A DNA stretch of 64,000 nucleotides from Octopus vulgaris. Taxonomy: Eukaryota. Numbering within the stretch: position 1 is the stretch's first letter; each line of letters opens with the position of its first letter. Below are positions 39,119 through 52,854 of this stretch, piece by piece. The notes under the pieces were generated by a model. It was not told the DNA's origin and did no database searches. It saw only the letters and a list, made by a program, of their open reading frames with translations. The DNA is taken from positions 52,824,001 through 52,888,000 of the forward strand of contig OX597814.1 in NCBI GenBank assembly GCA_951406725.2, read 5' to 3'. The position numbers were made by a program, and so were the translations under genes.

Positions 39119-39815
39119 GCTTACATACATAAGTAAACATATGTGCAAGTGTGTGTATGTTTATATTTTTATGTTATTCACATACGCTTAAACACACACA
39201 GATATGTACACAGAAAAATACATATGTACAGACACACACACATAGATATATGCACACAAAGACATACACATACACAGCCCAGTTCACACAGATATTTCTA
39301 AATTATTTCTTGAGATTGTGTGTATGTTTCATCCAATCTTTTATTAGAAAAAGCTGAGATAACTAATTACTTACTCAGCAACTAGAATAATAGCAGACAC
39401 CCTTCAGAGCTCTCAACATGATGGTGGGTTGCAGGAACATCATTCCTGGCTAGAGCAGCGCTCATAATTACAATATTTATGTGTAATTATGTGTAATTAT
39501 GTGCGTGTATGTGTGTGTGTGTGTTTCTGTAATTATATATTTATAAGCATGAAAGTACTTTTTGTTAATTTTTTATATACATTTTTGCACATGCATGTAT
39601 GCATGCACACACACACATATATATTAGTTTATAAAGACAAACACCAGATTACATATACATAAATATACAAATACTCATATATATATATGCACACACACTC
39701 ACATAAAAGTAGATAATAGATACTCATGTACTTCACAATATGTTTGTGTGTGTGTGTGTGTATGTGTGTTGAGAGAGAGGGAAGAGAGAAAGAATGAGTG
39801 GGAGAATATATATAT

Positions 39816-42712
39816 CATCATCATCATCGTCGTCGTCGTTGTTTAACGTCTGTTTTCTGTGCTGGCATGGGTTGGACGGTTTGACTGAGAGCTGGCAAGC
39901 CAGAAGGCTGCACCAGGCTCCAATCTGATCTGGCAAAGTTTCTACAGCTGAATGTCCTTCCTAATGCCAACCACTCCGAGAGTGTAGTGGGTGCTTTTTA
40001 TGTATCACAGGCACAGGAGCCAGTCAGGTGGCATTGGCATTGACCACACTCGAATAGTGTTTTTTACCTGCCCCTGTAATGGGTGCCAATCAGGAGGTAC
40101 TGGCATTGGCCATGACAATGAGTTCACTTGACTCAACAGGTCTTCACAAGCACAGTTTATTGCCCAACAATTGAAGGGTACTCTTAAATGGGCTAGTTAT
40201 GCTGCACTGGCATAGGCCAGAGCTACGGTCTCACTTGGCTTGCCGGGTCTTCTCAAGCACAGCATATCTCCAAAGGTCTCAGTCACTTGTCATTGCCTCC
40301 GTGAGGCCCAACGTTCAAAGGTTGACTACACCACCTCATCCCAGGTCTTCCTGGGTCTACCTCTTCCATAGATTCCCTCTACGTCTAGGGTGTGAAAATT
40401 TCACACAACTGTCCTCATCCATATGCAACACATGACCATACCAGCACAGTCGTCTCCCTTGCACACCACATCTGATGCTTCTTATGTCCAACTTTTCTCT
40501 GTTGTGTATGCACACTGACATTACACATCCAGAAGAGCATACTAGCTTCCTTTCTTGCAAGCTTATGCATGTCCTCAGTAGTCACGGCCTATGTCTCACT
40601 GACATGTAGCATGGCTGTTCACACACTTGCGTCATACATTCTACCTTTTACTCAGAGTGAGAGGCTCTTTGTCACCAGCAGAGGTAGGAGCTTTCTGAAC
40701 TTTGCCCAGGCTATTCTTATTCTAGCAGCTACACTCTCAGAGCATCCACCCCTACTGCTGACTTGGTCACCAAAGTAACAGAAGCTATCAACTAGTTCTA
40801 GATTTTCCCCCTGGCATGTAATGGAAGCTGTTTTCTGCACATTTTCAGTGTTTATTGCTCCTGAGCATTTGCCACACACACAAAACTATCTTCCCAGTTA
40901 GCCTTCCTTTGATATTGCTACATTTCTTATGTGTCCATAGCTTACACCGGATACATCTTATGGCGTTCCTACCTACACCTTTTCTACAGATTGAGCAGGG
41001 CTATCTACCTGAAGGGATTTGTGATTTGTCTGCTTTCCTACTTATTAAGACTTTGGTTTTTGCTGGATTGACTCTAAGGCCTTTTGATTCTAGACCTTGC
41101 TTCCACACCTGAAACTTTTCTAGTTCTGATAGTGACCTAGCTATTAGAGCAAAGTCATCAGCATAGAGGAGCTCCCAGGGGCATCCTATCTTGAATTCCT
41201 CTGTTATAGCCTGGAGGACTATGATGAATAAGATGGGCTGAAGACTGATCCTTGGTGGGCCCCTACCCCTACCTGGAATTCTTCACTATAATTGTTGCCA
41301 ACCCTCACCTTACTGGTAGCATCCCTGTACATGGCTTGTACAGCTCTCACTAACAACTCATCTATCCCTAGTTTCCGCATTCACCACCAGATAAGTGATT
41401 GGGTGACTCTATCAAAGGCTTTCTCCATATCAACGGAAGCCAGGTACAGAGGTTTATCTTTGGTTAGGTATTTCTCCTGTAGCTGTCTCACCAGAAATAC
41501 AGCATCAGTGGTGCTTTTCCCTCGCACAAACCCAAACTGCATCTTTTCTAAACTAACTCTCTCCCTAATTAGTTGGGCTATGACCCTCTTCTTGACTTTC
41601 ATTACCTGATCCAACTACTTGATACCTGTGTAATTATTCATATCTAATGCATCACCTTCACCTTTGTAGCAGTTGACTATGATGCTGTTTCACCAGTGAT
41701 TGGGTATGACTCCTTCATGTATCACCTGATTGACTATATGGGTGACAAGACTATAGCCGACACCGCCCGATATCTTAAGCATCTCTGTGGTGATTTCTGA
41801 TGGGCCAGAGGTTTTTCCCTGTCTTCATACCCTTAATTGCTTTATCTACCAAGGTACTGTCAATTCGGATAGCTGGTCACTCAGTTGGGTCAATGTTCAG
41901 TAGACTCTCTTTCTCCCATTCATTCTCTTCATTTAGCAATCTTTCATATCAGCATCTCCAAGTATCTTTCTTTGCAGCCTCATTAGTTGCAAGTGAGCCG
42001 TCATTCATGCAGACACATTTCTTTCCTATGACATCATGATTCTCTCTCACACACTGTCTTGCAATACAAAACACTTCAAGTCTTTGGTCCTCACGATGCA
42101 GAACATTGGCAAATTTTTTCTTGTCTGCTTCCCTCTGACTAAGTAAACCTGTCTCCTAGCTTCCCATCTGGCAATCTGATACAATTACCTGCTACCACTG
42201 TTCTTCCAGTCCTTCCATGCCTGTTTCTTTTCCCTAATGGCCCTGTCTGTTCCACCACCATGTTACCTTGGGTTGAGAGGGGCCTTTGCACCATCCACAG
42301 ATCTGGTCAGTAGCCCTCAACAGTTGTCTTCCACATCATGTGATGCTATATCCTCCTCTATTTCATCAAAAGCTTCAAGTAATACGTCTCTAAATCTCTG
42401 TCTATTCACAGGATCCTTAAGCTTTCAGACCCTTCTTCTCCATGCTGGTCATCTTCTGGGCATCCATTTAGCCCTGAACCTGAAGTCACTAACTACTAAT
42501 CTATTTTGTGCGGCGCATTCTTCATCTGGGAAGATTTTGGCCTTTATAAGTAGCTATCTTTCCCATTTCCTGGTGAGGATATAGTCAAATTGACTAGTGT
42601 GTCCATCAAACTGGTAGGTGAATAGGTGACTGGCTGGTTTCCTGAAGTTAGTATTACAAACCATAAGATCATTTGCCTCACAGAACTCCAGTAGCCTGAT
42701 TCCCTCCTCATT
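39816..42712 (-). mobile_element. RTE-clade LINE, 5'-truncated and degenerate (same family as 6207)
   Basis: NEEGIRLLEFCEAND (APE), MQFGFVRGKSTTDAVF, DMEKAFDRV, YADD at ~41155-41166, ARIRIAWAKF; same (GAT)n 3' tail. Confidence 0.95.
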
Positions 42713-43170
42713 GTGGGAACCAAATTTCAACTGTGCCTCGGAAAATCTAATCTATGCCACTACATGCTTAGGGTGTGGTAATCATTATATTGGCCAAACA
42801 AGAATATCACTCTGTCGAAGAACCACTCTCCACAAAGAACAAATCTGCCACCCACAATACAGACAGATACAGGTCAGTGAACACATAGAAAGGTATACTA
42901 GGAACCTTAATCCTAATTTCCTAATTTTCCCCTTTTATCAATGTTCACAGAAAATCTCAGTACAACAAAGAATGACTAAAGAGGCAACTTTCATCAATAA
43001 ATATCTTCCACAACTCAATATGAACACATGACTTAATACAGAACACTACTAACCTTTGAATTAATACCACCCATACATCCCATACACCATTCACATTACA
43101 GATCTATATCTACCTTAATTGCACCAAATCCAGAACTACTTACCTCCCTTACACATAATCTTTTTACTCA
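42713..43170 (+). mobile_element. PLE fragment: GIY-YIG endonuclease C-terminus
   Basis: FNCASENLIYATTCLGCGNHYIGQTRISLCRRTTLH...SEH...RMTKEATFINKYLPQLN. Confidence 0.88.
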
Positions 43171-43174
43171 GGGA

Positions 43175-43205
43175 CTAGTAGACCCGACACCGTTCGGTAA
43201 TTGGT
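43175..43205 (-). mobile_element. Helitron-like 3' terminus
   Basis: Minus strand CCGA-ACGGTG-TCGG hairpin, then GTCTA-CTAG|T. Confidence 0.4.
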
Positions 43206-45089
43206 GTGTATTCAAAGTAGTGGTCAGTAATTTTATGAAAATCTTGTTACATAGCATTATCAAACTTAGAACTTACCTATCACTTTATCTAGTCATCTGG
43301 CAATCTGTGGAAGAAAGATTCATGGTTTAATGGAATGGAAAGTGGCTGCAGCAGTGCATTGTGGAGTGCAGAAAGCAAGAAGAGGCAAGTAAGACATTTT
43401 GGTTATCCACTGTATTTGTCTTTCTCCATAGTCATCTTGATCTAATCTTACCACTAGACTGAAGATAGGCAGGAACAAGAGAGCATGGTTGACAGCAAGC
43501 AACTCTTCTTCACTTTAAACAAAGTCACTGTGCAAGTTATTAGCCATCCTAATGGGTGACCAGATGGCCTTCATTGCTCTGACCGATGAATATGAAAACA
43601 ACCAAAGTTATGATTTCTCATTAATCTGTTACAGTTCTTCACTACACCTATTGTGCACTCTATTCTCATATAAATAGGACATGATTTCATAACTTTTGGC
43701 ATCTCATGAGGTGGTGAATTGGCAGAAGTGTTTGGAGCATTGAATAAAATGTTTTGCAGTTCCTGCTGAGGCCATCTTTACAAGTCATCCTTCAAGGGTT
43801 GATAAATAATATACTAGTCTCAGGCAGAGGACTGGTGAGATTGTTATAACAGTGGATGGGGTGCCCTACAGTATTTGTTCTTGCTGTTTGCATCCTGGGT
43901 TCAAATCTTGCTGTAGTCTATTTGGGTGACAGATATAATCTCTTGCCCAGCTTAGCACCACCATCTAGCAACTTGGGTGATTTTAGTGGAGTTCATCTGT
44001 TACTAAGCATTTGGAATAAGGTCTCTTTTGAGGAAAACTTCCACCCTCTCACCAGTCTTGGAGGCCCTGAATTGGTATGTGAGTACTGCCTTTCCTCTTG
44101 AGCAAGCAATTAAAAAAATTATGCTATTATTTAATATACAGTCAATTCTGATCTATCAGAATTATGATCAAAGATGGTCCAATGTGATCATCTAATTCTT
44201 TAATTCAGTCATGTCTAATGTAGGATGTGATTTGAGAGAGATTTGGCTGCAATTTCTTGTAGGTTGAGTGCTGAAGAGGCTCCATCATTGATATTTACAA
44301 ATTGCTACAACTGTTTAACCCCATGTTTATTCTGATCTAGCATACTTGTGATTGAAGGCATTCCAGCTATGACCCTCACCTCTATATTTTTGGGGTACAG
44401 ACTACAATATCCAATGTGTATATGAGATAATAGAGTCTGATAGATTTTTTCAGATTACATTATCCAATGTACACCTTTTAAAGAGGGTTGTATGCAATTT
44501 GAGGGAATTCTTGCTGCTATTTCTTACGAGTTGAGCCACCATGTAGAGACTCTGTCATTTTTATTATAAAAGAAAGTGATTTTAGAGCTGGATATTATTC
44601 TTCATTTGATAGGAAGCAACGTTGGAACCTGTTTAATTAGAGAGACAAAGAATTATGTGCACATTACATTTCTCTCTCTTTCTCTCACATACATACACAT
44701 ACACACATAGATGTACATATAAACTTACAGACACAGACATACAACACCTACACATGCACCAAACTCATCAAATTTGTGCTTATAACTGTGATAAGTTGTT
44801 TAGTACCATAATCTTGCAGCTATTGCATTAATTTAATATCTCATAGCTGATAACAGATATATTAGTTTAGAAGCTGTTAGTAGCATGATTTAGTAACTAA
44901 TTATTGTCATTGCTAATTTATCATTTTCAGTCAAGCATTTACAACAATTAAGACCATTCAGTTGTGAAGACCCAGGTCTACTAATAACCTTGTAATATAA
45001 AAGCAAATGTATGTATGTTCAAGTTATAGGCCATAGTTTAGCACCTAGATAGCTTTTTTAGCTCCAGACTGAGACACCAAGAATATTTT

Positions 45090-45660
45090 AGGTGCAGGTG
45101 TGGTTGTGTGGTAAGAGAAGTTTTCTCCTTATTTGTATGGCTTTGGGTTCAGTCCCACTGTTTGGCTCCTTGGGTAAAAGTCTTCTACTATAGTCCCAGG
45201 CCAAACAAAGCTTTGTGAATAGATTTGGTAGACAGAAACTGAAAGAAGCCCATCACACACACACACACACACACACATATATGCTGTGTGGTAAGAAGCT
45301 TGTTTCCAAACCACGTGGTTCTAGGCTCAGTCCCACTGTTTGGAACCATGGGCAACTGTTTTCTACTATAGCTTTGGGCCAACCAAAGCTTTGAGTGAAT
45401 TTGGTAGATGGAAACTGAAAGAAGCACATTGAATATATGTGTGTGTGTGTGTTTGTTTTTGTCTCAAATCACTGTTTGACAACTGGTGCTGGTTTGTTTA
45501 CATTCCCATAACTTAGTGAGTTGGCAAAAGAGACTGGTAGAATAAATACCAGACTTAAAATATAGGTACTAGGGTTGATTTGTTCAACAAAAATCCCTCA
45601 AGGTAGTGTCCCAGTATGGCCACAATCCAGTGATTGAAACAAGTAAAAAATAAAATATAT
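45090..45660 (+). mobile_element. SINE family A: two tandem heads plus tail
   Basis: Heads at ~45090 and ~45283; tail at 45470-45655. Confidence 0.85.
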
Positions 45661-46680
45661 TCCCAAGCACTACAACAGGTATCAGAAAAAGTTTTTCGTT
45701 ATAAAGCTAATTCAATATTCCAAAGAACAAAATGTAAGAACAATATTTTATTTTATGCTCTATATATTTTGTTGTGTCTAGGGAGAGTTATGCCAATATA
45801 ATTAACACACACACACGCTGGTTTAGTTCCACTTATTTATCAAATATCCAATTGCTTTGTTTTTGTTTGTTGAAGCTCTTTTGTTGCTTCTTGCAACCTT
45901 TTCAATGACTATTAACTTAGTCTGTTATAGAGGCCACGTTTGTTTGAGATCTTTTTTTATTTTGGCACATTTTTATGAAGTTCAAATTAAGCCATCTGAA
46001 TTATTTGCTCAAAGTTCTCAGTGAATTCAGCATTTCCAGACCAACTGAATATTGGTTTTAAATTTTGGTACAAAGCCAGCAATTTTGGTGGAGGGAATAA
46101 GTCAATTACATTGACCCCAGTACTCAACTGGCACTTATTTTATCAACCCTGAAAGGGTGAAAGGTAAATCTGACGCCAGTGGCACTTGAACTCAGGATGT
46201 AAAGTCAGGAGAAATACTGCTAAACATTTTGTTTAGTGCAGTAACGATTCTGCTAGCTTGCCTCCATAGACCAACTGAATATTGTCAGCATCTATTCAAG
46301 ACAATTTATCCCAAATAAAAATATAGTTAACTCATGTGATTATATTTATTTTAAGTATTTATAAACCAAGGATAGGCCTGAGTATAGCTGCTAATGTATT
46401 ATATAAAGGTTTGATGTTGTACACCTTCATAATAATCAATAATATAAACTGGAAAATACTCTGTTTGCTGGCATTTAAGATGACTCTCATGTAAGATGTA
46501 CCCCTGTTTTACAAGTATATCTTGTGGAGAAGAAACACAAACAGATTTAATGTTTCATCATACACTTATTGAAAGGTATTTCAAAGTGGTTATGTAGGGG
46601 AAAATGTATGAGTCTGTGCATGTAAATGTAATGCCGTAATAGTTTATTGCAATAAAATATGAAACTATAAATATATATTG

Positions 46681-47118
46681 GTTTCAAATTCTGGCACAAG
46701 GCCAGCAATTTCAGGAAGGCCTAAGTCAGTAAAATCGACTCCAGTGCTTGAGTGGTATTTATTTTATTTGTCAGGCGAAATGTGTAGCCGTATTTCGTCT
46801 GCCATTACGTTCTGAGCTCAAATTCCGCCAAGGTCGACTTTGCCTTTCATCCTTTCGGGGTCAATTAAATAAGTACCAATTATGCACTGGGGTCGATATA
46901 ATCGACTTAATCCATATGTCTGTCCTTGTTTGTCCTCTCTGTGTTTAGCCCCTTGTGGGTAGTAAAGAAATAGGTATTTATTTTATTGACCCTGAAAGGA
47001 TGATAGGCAAAGTTGACCGCAGCAGCATTTGAACCCAGGATCTAAAGATGGATGAAATGCTGCTAAGCATTTTGCTTGTGTTTGCCTGATATGCTAACAA
47101 TTCTGCCAACTCATCACC
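46681..47118. mobile_element. SINE C (+, 46769-46972) nested in SINE C (-)
   Basis: 15-bp TSD GGTATTTATTTTATT at 46754-46768 and 46973-46987. Confidence 0.85.
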
Positions 47119-47132
47119 TTATTCATCATATA

Positions 47133-47349
47133 TGAGGGGGCGCTGAAAAGTTCTTGGCTTTGGGGTAAAAGAAAATACAAGAGGACAAGTTAGTTAAAAT
47201 TTTATTCAACATATTCCCCTCAGATTCACATACTTATTGCAGTGGTCCTTCAGTTTTTTTCTAAGCCCTGTAAAAGAACTCAGAAGGTTGGGCCTCCAAA
47301 CAGGCTTTTGCAATATCCTTAAAGCCAGGAACTTTTCAGCAGCCCCTCG
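47133..47349. mobile_element. Mariner-derived MITE
   Basis: TA-TGAGGGGGCGCTGAAAAGTTCTTGGCTTT ... AAAGCCAGGAACTTTTCAGCAGCCCCTCG TIRs. Confidence 0.85.
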
Positions 47350-48170
47350 TGTATTAACTATGTTATGCAAGTATCATATTTCAATTTCATTTTCTTTCAG
47401 ACTAACTGTATTGTGTTTTATATGTTGGTCAAGAGAATTGCCATACAGGATGTAAAACTCATATTTTTGACAATAATGTTTTTTGTAACTGTGATCAGCC
47501 ACCAGAGTAGCACACCACCATTATGTTTTTGTTGTCATCCACTCATTGCAAATAGCTGACATGAGGGATGAAAGTTTAACATTACTTTCATCTTCCGGGG
47601 AGAATTTTCATTTAGATAACTTTAAAGTATTTCTTAAAAGTAATACAGTTACTAAATAACATAAGGCACATTATCAGATGAGTGTTAGATATGATGGGGC
47701 AGGAGGTATAATCGGATGATGTGATCTCTCCATATAACTGGATGTAAACAATATTTTTGGTAAGACTGATATTTTGGCTTGTTTTTAATATATTATTATT
47801 AGTGAAGGTGGCAAGGTGGCAGAATTATTAGCATGCTGGGTAAAATGCTTAGTAGCATTTCATCTGTCTACATTCTGAGTTCAAATTCTGTCAAGGTTGA
47901 CTTTACCTTTCATCCTTTCAGGGTCAATGAAATAAGTACCAGTTGAGCACTGGAGTTGATATAACTGATGTACTCCCTCCCCTGAAACTGCTGGTCTTGT
48001 ACTGAAATTCGAAATCAATATTTTATTATTAGTAACATTTATTGCACCTTGTGGACTTATGTTTATCCCACTCTCTAGCTTACAACACTCAGTCACCCAT
48101 GAGTAATACAACCACATTAAATACTGGCAATTTGTTGACACTTTTAAAAATGAAAAAAACATGTCTTATA

Positions 48171-49020
48171 CGAGTTGGTATCAAAAAGTTTCCAGACTAG
48201 TTATGTCTAATAAAAAGTAACTTATTTACCTAAGTTTTAATATCATCTTCGAAATAGTCATCTTGTGCAGCAATATACCAGTCCCAGCACTCCTGCCACA
48301 TTTGGAATCTGGCCTGGAAGTCGTTTTCTGTAAGCGAGTCAAGGACCTTCTGCAGTTTACTCTGGATCTACACAATGGTGTTAAAACAGTGACCTTTGAG
48401 CTACATTTTCATCTTGGGGAAGAGATAGAAGTCCACAGGTGCTAAATCTGGTGAATAGGGTGGGTGTAGAAGCAATACCATGTTGCTTTTGACAAGAAAC
48501 TCACAAGTGAGGAGAACTTGGTGACAGGTTGCATTGTCATCATGAACAATGCAATTCCTCGCACTCCACAGATCCGGTTGCTTTCGTTGAATATCCTTCC
48601 TCAAATGCTTCAAATGCTTGTTGATTGTCCTCCAATCCTTATACACAAACTGACAAATTTTCTCCATGTTTCAGTGGGGATGTCCATGGTAGGGATGTTC
48701 TTCCACTTTTGAAATGCCTGTGCCATTGTGTATGGCCCATTGCTTCATCCTTGTAAATGTTGTCAAAGTATGTTCAATGTCTCTGTAGCAGACTTCCCAA
48801 GTTTAATGCAAAATTTCATGTTGGCTCTTTGTTCCACCTTCCTGTACATGACAAAAATTGCAGACTACAGCATACACATGATCACAAAAACACAAATTTC
48901 ACAAGCCACGAAATTAACACAGCAATGTTACTCGGAACACTGCCTCATGAAGGTCACTGCTAGCTCTCACTGAGCAAGCAACCATGTGCTGCCATCTGTT
49001 GGCATGCTGCAGAAATAGTA
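48171..49020 (-). mobile_element. Internally deleted mariner (DD34D) element
   Basis: IVHDDNATCH...LLHPPYSPDLAPVDFYLFPKMK; TIR TA-CGAGTTGGTATCAAAAAGTTTCCAGACT. Confidence 0.88.
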
Positions 49021-50559
49021 CATCTTAACATGTAAAAGCAACGACATTTTTAAAAAAGTGTTTTATTTTCATCAAAGTTATTTATTTCTCTTTGTCATTA
49101 TAACAATTCTAAAAATTATGCTTTTTATTGATTGAAAGGAAAATAAATATTACAAAACCAAATATCTCATATGAATGAAACTGATAAAATAATGGTATGT
49201 TATTTATTTTTGTGTAATATATACAAGCAAAGATATGCTGTGAATCTTCCCCAAGGATTTCCTCATTAAAATATTTCTTGAAATAGCTTAAAATATTCAC
49301 AGCTACAAGTAGAATCACATCTGTACTTCTATTGAAATTTACTCTGAACAAGTGTGAATACTATTTACAAATATAGAAGACACACGTCAGAATCACACTA
49401 GTTTTGGGAATGAGACTTTCTTTTGATTCATGTGAATTTTTAAGTAGGCGGATTTGAGTTGGTGATTTAGAAAAATAGGATAAGAAATATCTTGCGCAAT
49501 CAGCAAATACTCTGTAAAGACAAATAAAATAGAATTCTCAACTGGTGCAAGTGAGAGGAGTGAAAAGCAATCGAAATATTAAATGTAGGAACAAGAAAAA
49601 AAAAACATTGGAAAATATAATACAGCACTCTGGAAATATATATTAGTAAAAGTATGAATATGTAGAATGTAGAAACTATGTAAAATATATTGTTATCAAA
49701 CAATATATTCTGTATAGTTACCGCATTACTTATTGCTTATCAAATTAAAGAAAATCTGGAACACAATATACAAATTATTCCATAGGCTATGGCAAGCACA
49801 ATAAATTATCAGCACCAAACAGACTTATGTAGAGAGTAAATAGTAGATTTATTAATGATATACGAAAAAGATTAATTACTGTACTGTATTGAAAAAACAT
49901 ATTTTCCATTGTAAACATTTGTTTACATTGCTTTGTAACAAGTATATGAAAATATTCCCCATAAAATGTATTTAAAATAAGTAGTTATCAAATATAACTG
50001 TGGGATAATAAAATATTATTTCAACAAATTTACTGAATGTTTGTGAAATTGTTGTGGTGTTGCTGCTCTGTCACTACCTAGCAACTTATATCTCTGTTAA
50101 TTCTTTGTTCAAATTTTTATTCTGTATTTATCAATAGGTAGCAAATTGGCAGAGTTGTTACAACATTGGATAGAACTAGCAGAAACATTGCCCTCTGGGC
50201 AGTTTTCCGGTAACCATTAAATGATATATACATATTTGATTCCCAATTTGTGCCATTTTCCTGATATGTTGCATCTAATTTTCCTTTGCAGTGTATTTTT
50301 TTTGTCTTTTGACTAATATTGTCACTTGATAAATAAATTTAGAATAATAGCAAGCCTTCAAAGACAGTGTTAAAATTTATGAAGAAATCAGATAGTATGT
50401 TGACTTAATAAGATAAAAATTCTCAATTTATACATACTGGAAGATTTTGTAACTTTGCATGACAGTAAACTGAATTGCACATCTAATATGTACCAGAAAT
50501 ATAAACCAGAAAAAAAAATCATAACGAAAAACTTACTGTAGGTTCAAACATGTGATTAT

Positions 50560-50760
50560 CTTTCTTTTATCTTTTATTTGTTTCACTCATTGAACTGTGG
50601 CCATGTTGGGGCATTGCCTTGATTGGTTTAATTGAATAAATCAACCCAAGTACTTATTTTTAAGCATGGTACTTACTCTATCATCTCTTTTATCAAACCA
50701 CTAAGTTATGGGGATGTAAACAAAGCAACATCAGTGTCAAGTGATGGTGAGGGACGAACA
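50560..50760 (-). mobile_element. SINE family A tail
   Basis: Reverse complement of the family tail. Confidence 0.75.
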
Positions 50761-50912
50761 CATGTACAAAGACATGCACATGCATAAAAACATACATACA
50801 TGCATGAATACAAACATACAAATACATATACATACATACAAACACACTTACATATACTGTCAGTCACAATTAATGACATCTAATTTCTTTTCTTTTTGGT
50901 TTTATATTGCAT

Positions 50913-51482
50913 ATTCCCAACTCAACTTACTTTCTTCTTCAATTTCAACTCCCGATCGATGCCCGCAGCAAGTTCTTAAAAATTTATCTTACTATTTTAT
51001 TCGTTGTTACTACGTTTATTCATACATTGTTACGAAAATTTAACCTTTTAGGCTACTTTCAAGCCTTCGCCATAACTTGATTTATCTTTCCTATCTCTCT
51101 CTCTCTACAAAATTTAACCTTAGGCTACCTCACTTCCCATCTTTCCGCCATTGGCGGTCTTTTTCTTTTTCCCCCTCTTCTTCTTCTTATGCTAAAACTT
51201 GAAAATCGCCATTACCATTACGATTCTGCAATTTAAATTCCCAACTCAACTTACTTTCTTCTTCAATTTCAACTCCCGATCGATGCCCGCAGCAAGTTCT
51301 TAAAAATTTATCTTACTATTTTATTCGTTGTTACTACGTTTATTCATACATTGTTACGAAAATTTAACCTTTTAGGCTACTTTCAAGCCTTCGCCATAAC
51401 TTGATTTATCTTTCCTATCTCTCTCTCTCTACAAAATTTAACCTTAGGCTACCTCACTTCCCATCTTTCCGCCATTGGCGGT
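50913..51482. repeat. Near-identical ~245-bp direct repeat (50913-51158, 51237-51482)
   Basis: ATTCCCAACTCAACTTAC...TTCCGCCATTGGCGGT occurs twice, separated by a ~78-bp spacer. Confidence 0.95.
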
Positions 51483-51489
51483 GCGCCCG

Positions 51490-52220
51490 CCCCCACCACC
51501 AATACCGATGAACACTGTTCTCACCCCCACCACCAATACCGGTGAACACTGTTCTCACCGCCACCACCACCAATACCGGTGAACACTGTTCTCACCCCCC
51601 ACCACCAATACCAGTATACCCTGTTCTCACCATCTACACCGGATACGCCTTACTCATCTACACCGGGAACGCCCTACTCCCTCCTTCTGCCCCCACTACC
51701 CCTTCTCCTCATATGCTTTCACTGTGAAAAGACAAGCTGCTAGCGCCATACCCCTTCTCCTCATATGCTTTCACTGTGAAAAGACAAGCTGCTAGCGCCA
51801 TAGCTCATCAACTGCCCACCGATCTTACGCTTCCTCCTGACACTGCCTTTCCTCCTGACACTGCCTCATTCCGACCATCCCCTTTAGTACCCTCCCGCCT
51901 CGTAATATCCTACGTTTTTATTTCTTAGGAACCTACACCAACCCTTCCTGCCATCGTTCCTCCTTACCCCAACCTTCCCCACTGGTTGCTCCCCTATATT
52001 ACCCGCCTCAACTGGACCCCCCTCCCCAACTCAACTCTAGAATATCTGTATTTCTTTCCTCTACCTAATTACGTTACTCAGTGACGATAAATGCTGTGAC
52101 TACAAAGACCTGGGCTGCTTTCTGCAGCAATTCCACATACCCCCTACCCATTCTAAGTACCCCGGACCCCCAAAGTACCCTGGATCCCCAAAGTACCCCG
52201 ATCCCCAAAGTACCCCGGAC
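51490..52220. repeat. Cluster of short tandem duplications (~32, ~52, ~17 and ~18 bp units)
   Basis: CCACCACCAATACCGGTGAACACTGTTCTCACC x3-4; TACCCCTTCTCCTCATATG...GCGCCA x2; CCTCCTGACACTGCCT x2; AAGTACCCCGGACCCCC x4. Confidence 0.9.
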
Positions 52221-52224
52221 CTCG

Positions 52225-52487
52225 TTGCCCCCGTGCCGCTGACACGTTAAAATGCTCGAACCGATCGTGACGATGCCGGACCCTCCGGCCCCTGTGCAGG
52301 TGGCACGTAAAAAGCACCCAATCCACTCACGGAGTGGTTGGCGTTAGGAAGGGCATCCAGCCGTAGAAACTCTGCCAGATTCAGACTGGAGCCTGGTGCG
52401 GCCCCTGGCTTCCCAGACCCGGTCAAACCGTCCAACCTGTGCTAGCGCGGAAAGCGGACGTTAAACGATGATGATGATGATGATGAT
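52225..52487 (+). mobile_element. Young (CpG-intact) RTE 3'-tail copy
   Basis: GGTTGGCGTTAGGAAGGGCATCCAGCCG...CGGACGTTAAACGATGATGATG. Confidence 0.88.
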
Positions 52488-52608
52488 ACCCGCCTTCATT
52501 ATTTTATAACTTTCACATTACCATTTTGCTGATTCAGCCATTGATTCATATGGTAAATACTTATGTACTGATAGTTGGGATTTAACCACACTATCCAGCG
52601 ATAGAGTA

Positions 52609-52660
52609 GTCATTACTGATGAGCTTTTGATTCAAAGTGAAACTAAACTAGTATGATGAT
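52609..52660 (+). ncRNA. Type I hammerhead ribozyme, canonical core
   Basis: GTCATTA-CTGATGA-GCTTT(TGATTC)AAAGT-GAAA-CTA(AAC)TAG-TA-TGATGAT. Stems I, II and III all pair; GUA triplet; predicted cut after 52653. Confidence 0.85.
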
Positions 52661-52854
52661 CTCGCTCGCTGTGGGGTGGTTACCTCCCCTGCTATTACAT
52701 AGACATGTGCTTCTTTGTGGCCCTGAATTTTTCTTGTTTGGTTTTATTTACTTATAGCCGCCTTTCTTATAACTTATAATGTCTCAATAAACAAAGTTTT
52801 TTTTTTGTTTTTCCAATTAGTGAATAGATGTAAAGATTTTTCTTACTTCCTACT

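Noticed and set aside
43277-43304. Minus-strand 28-nt segment with strong splice signals
   Set aside because: Stop codons in all three frames.
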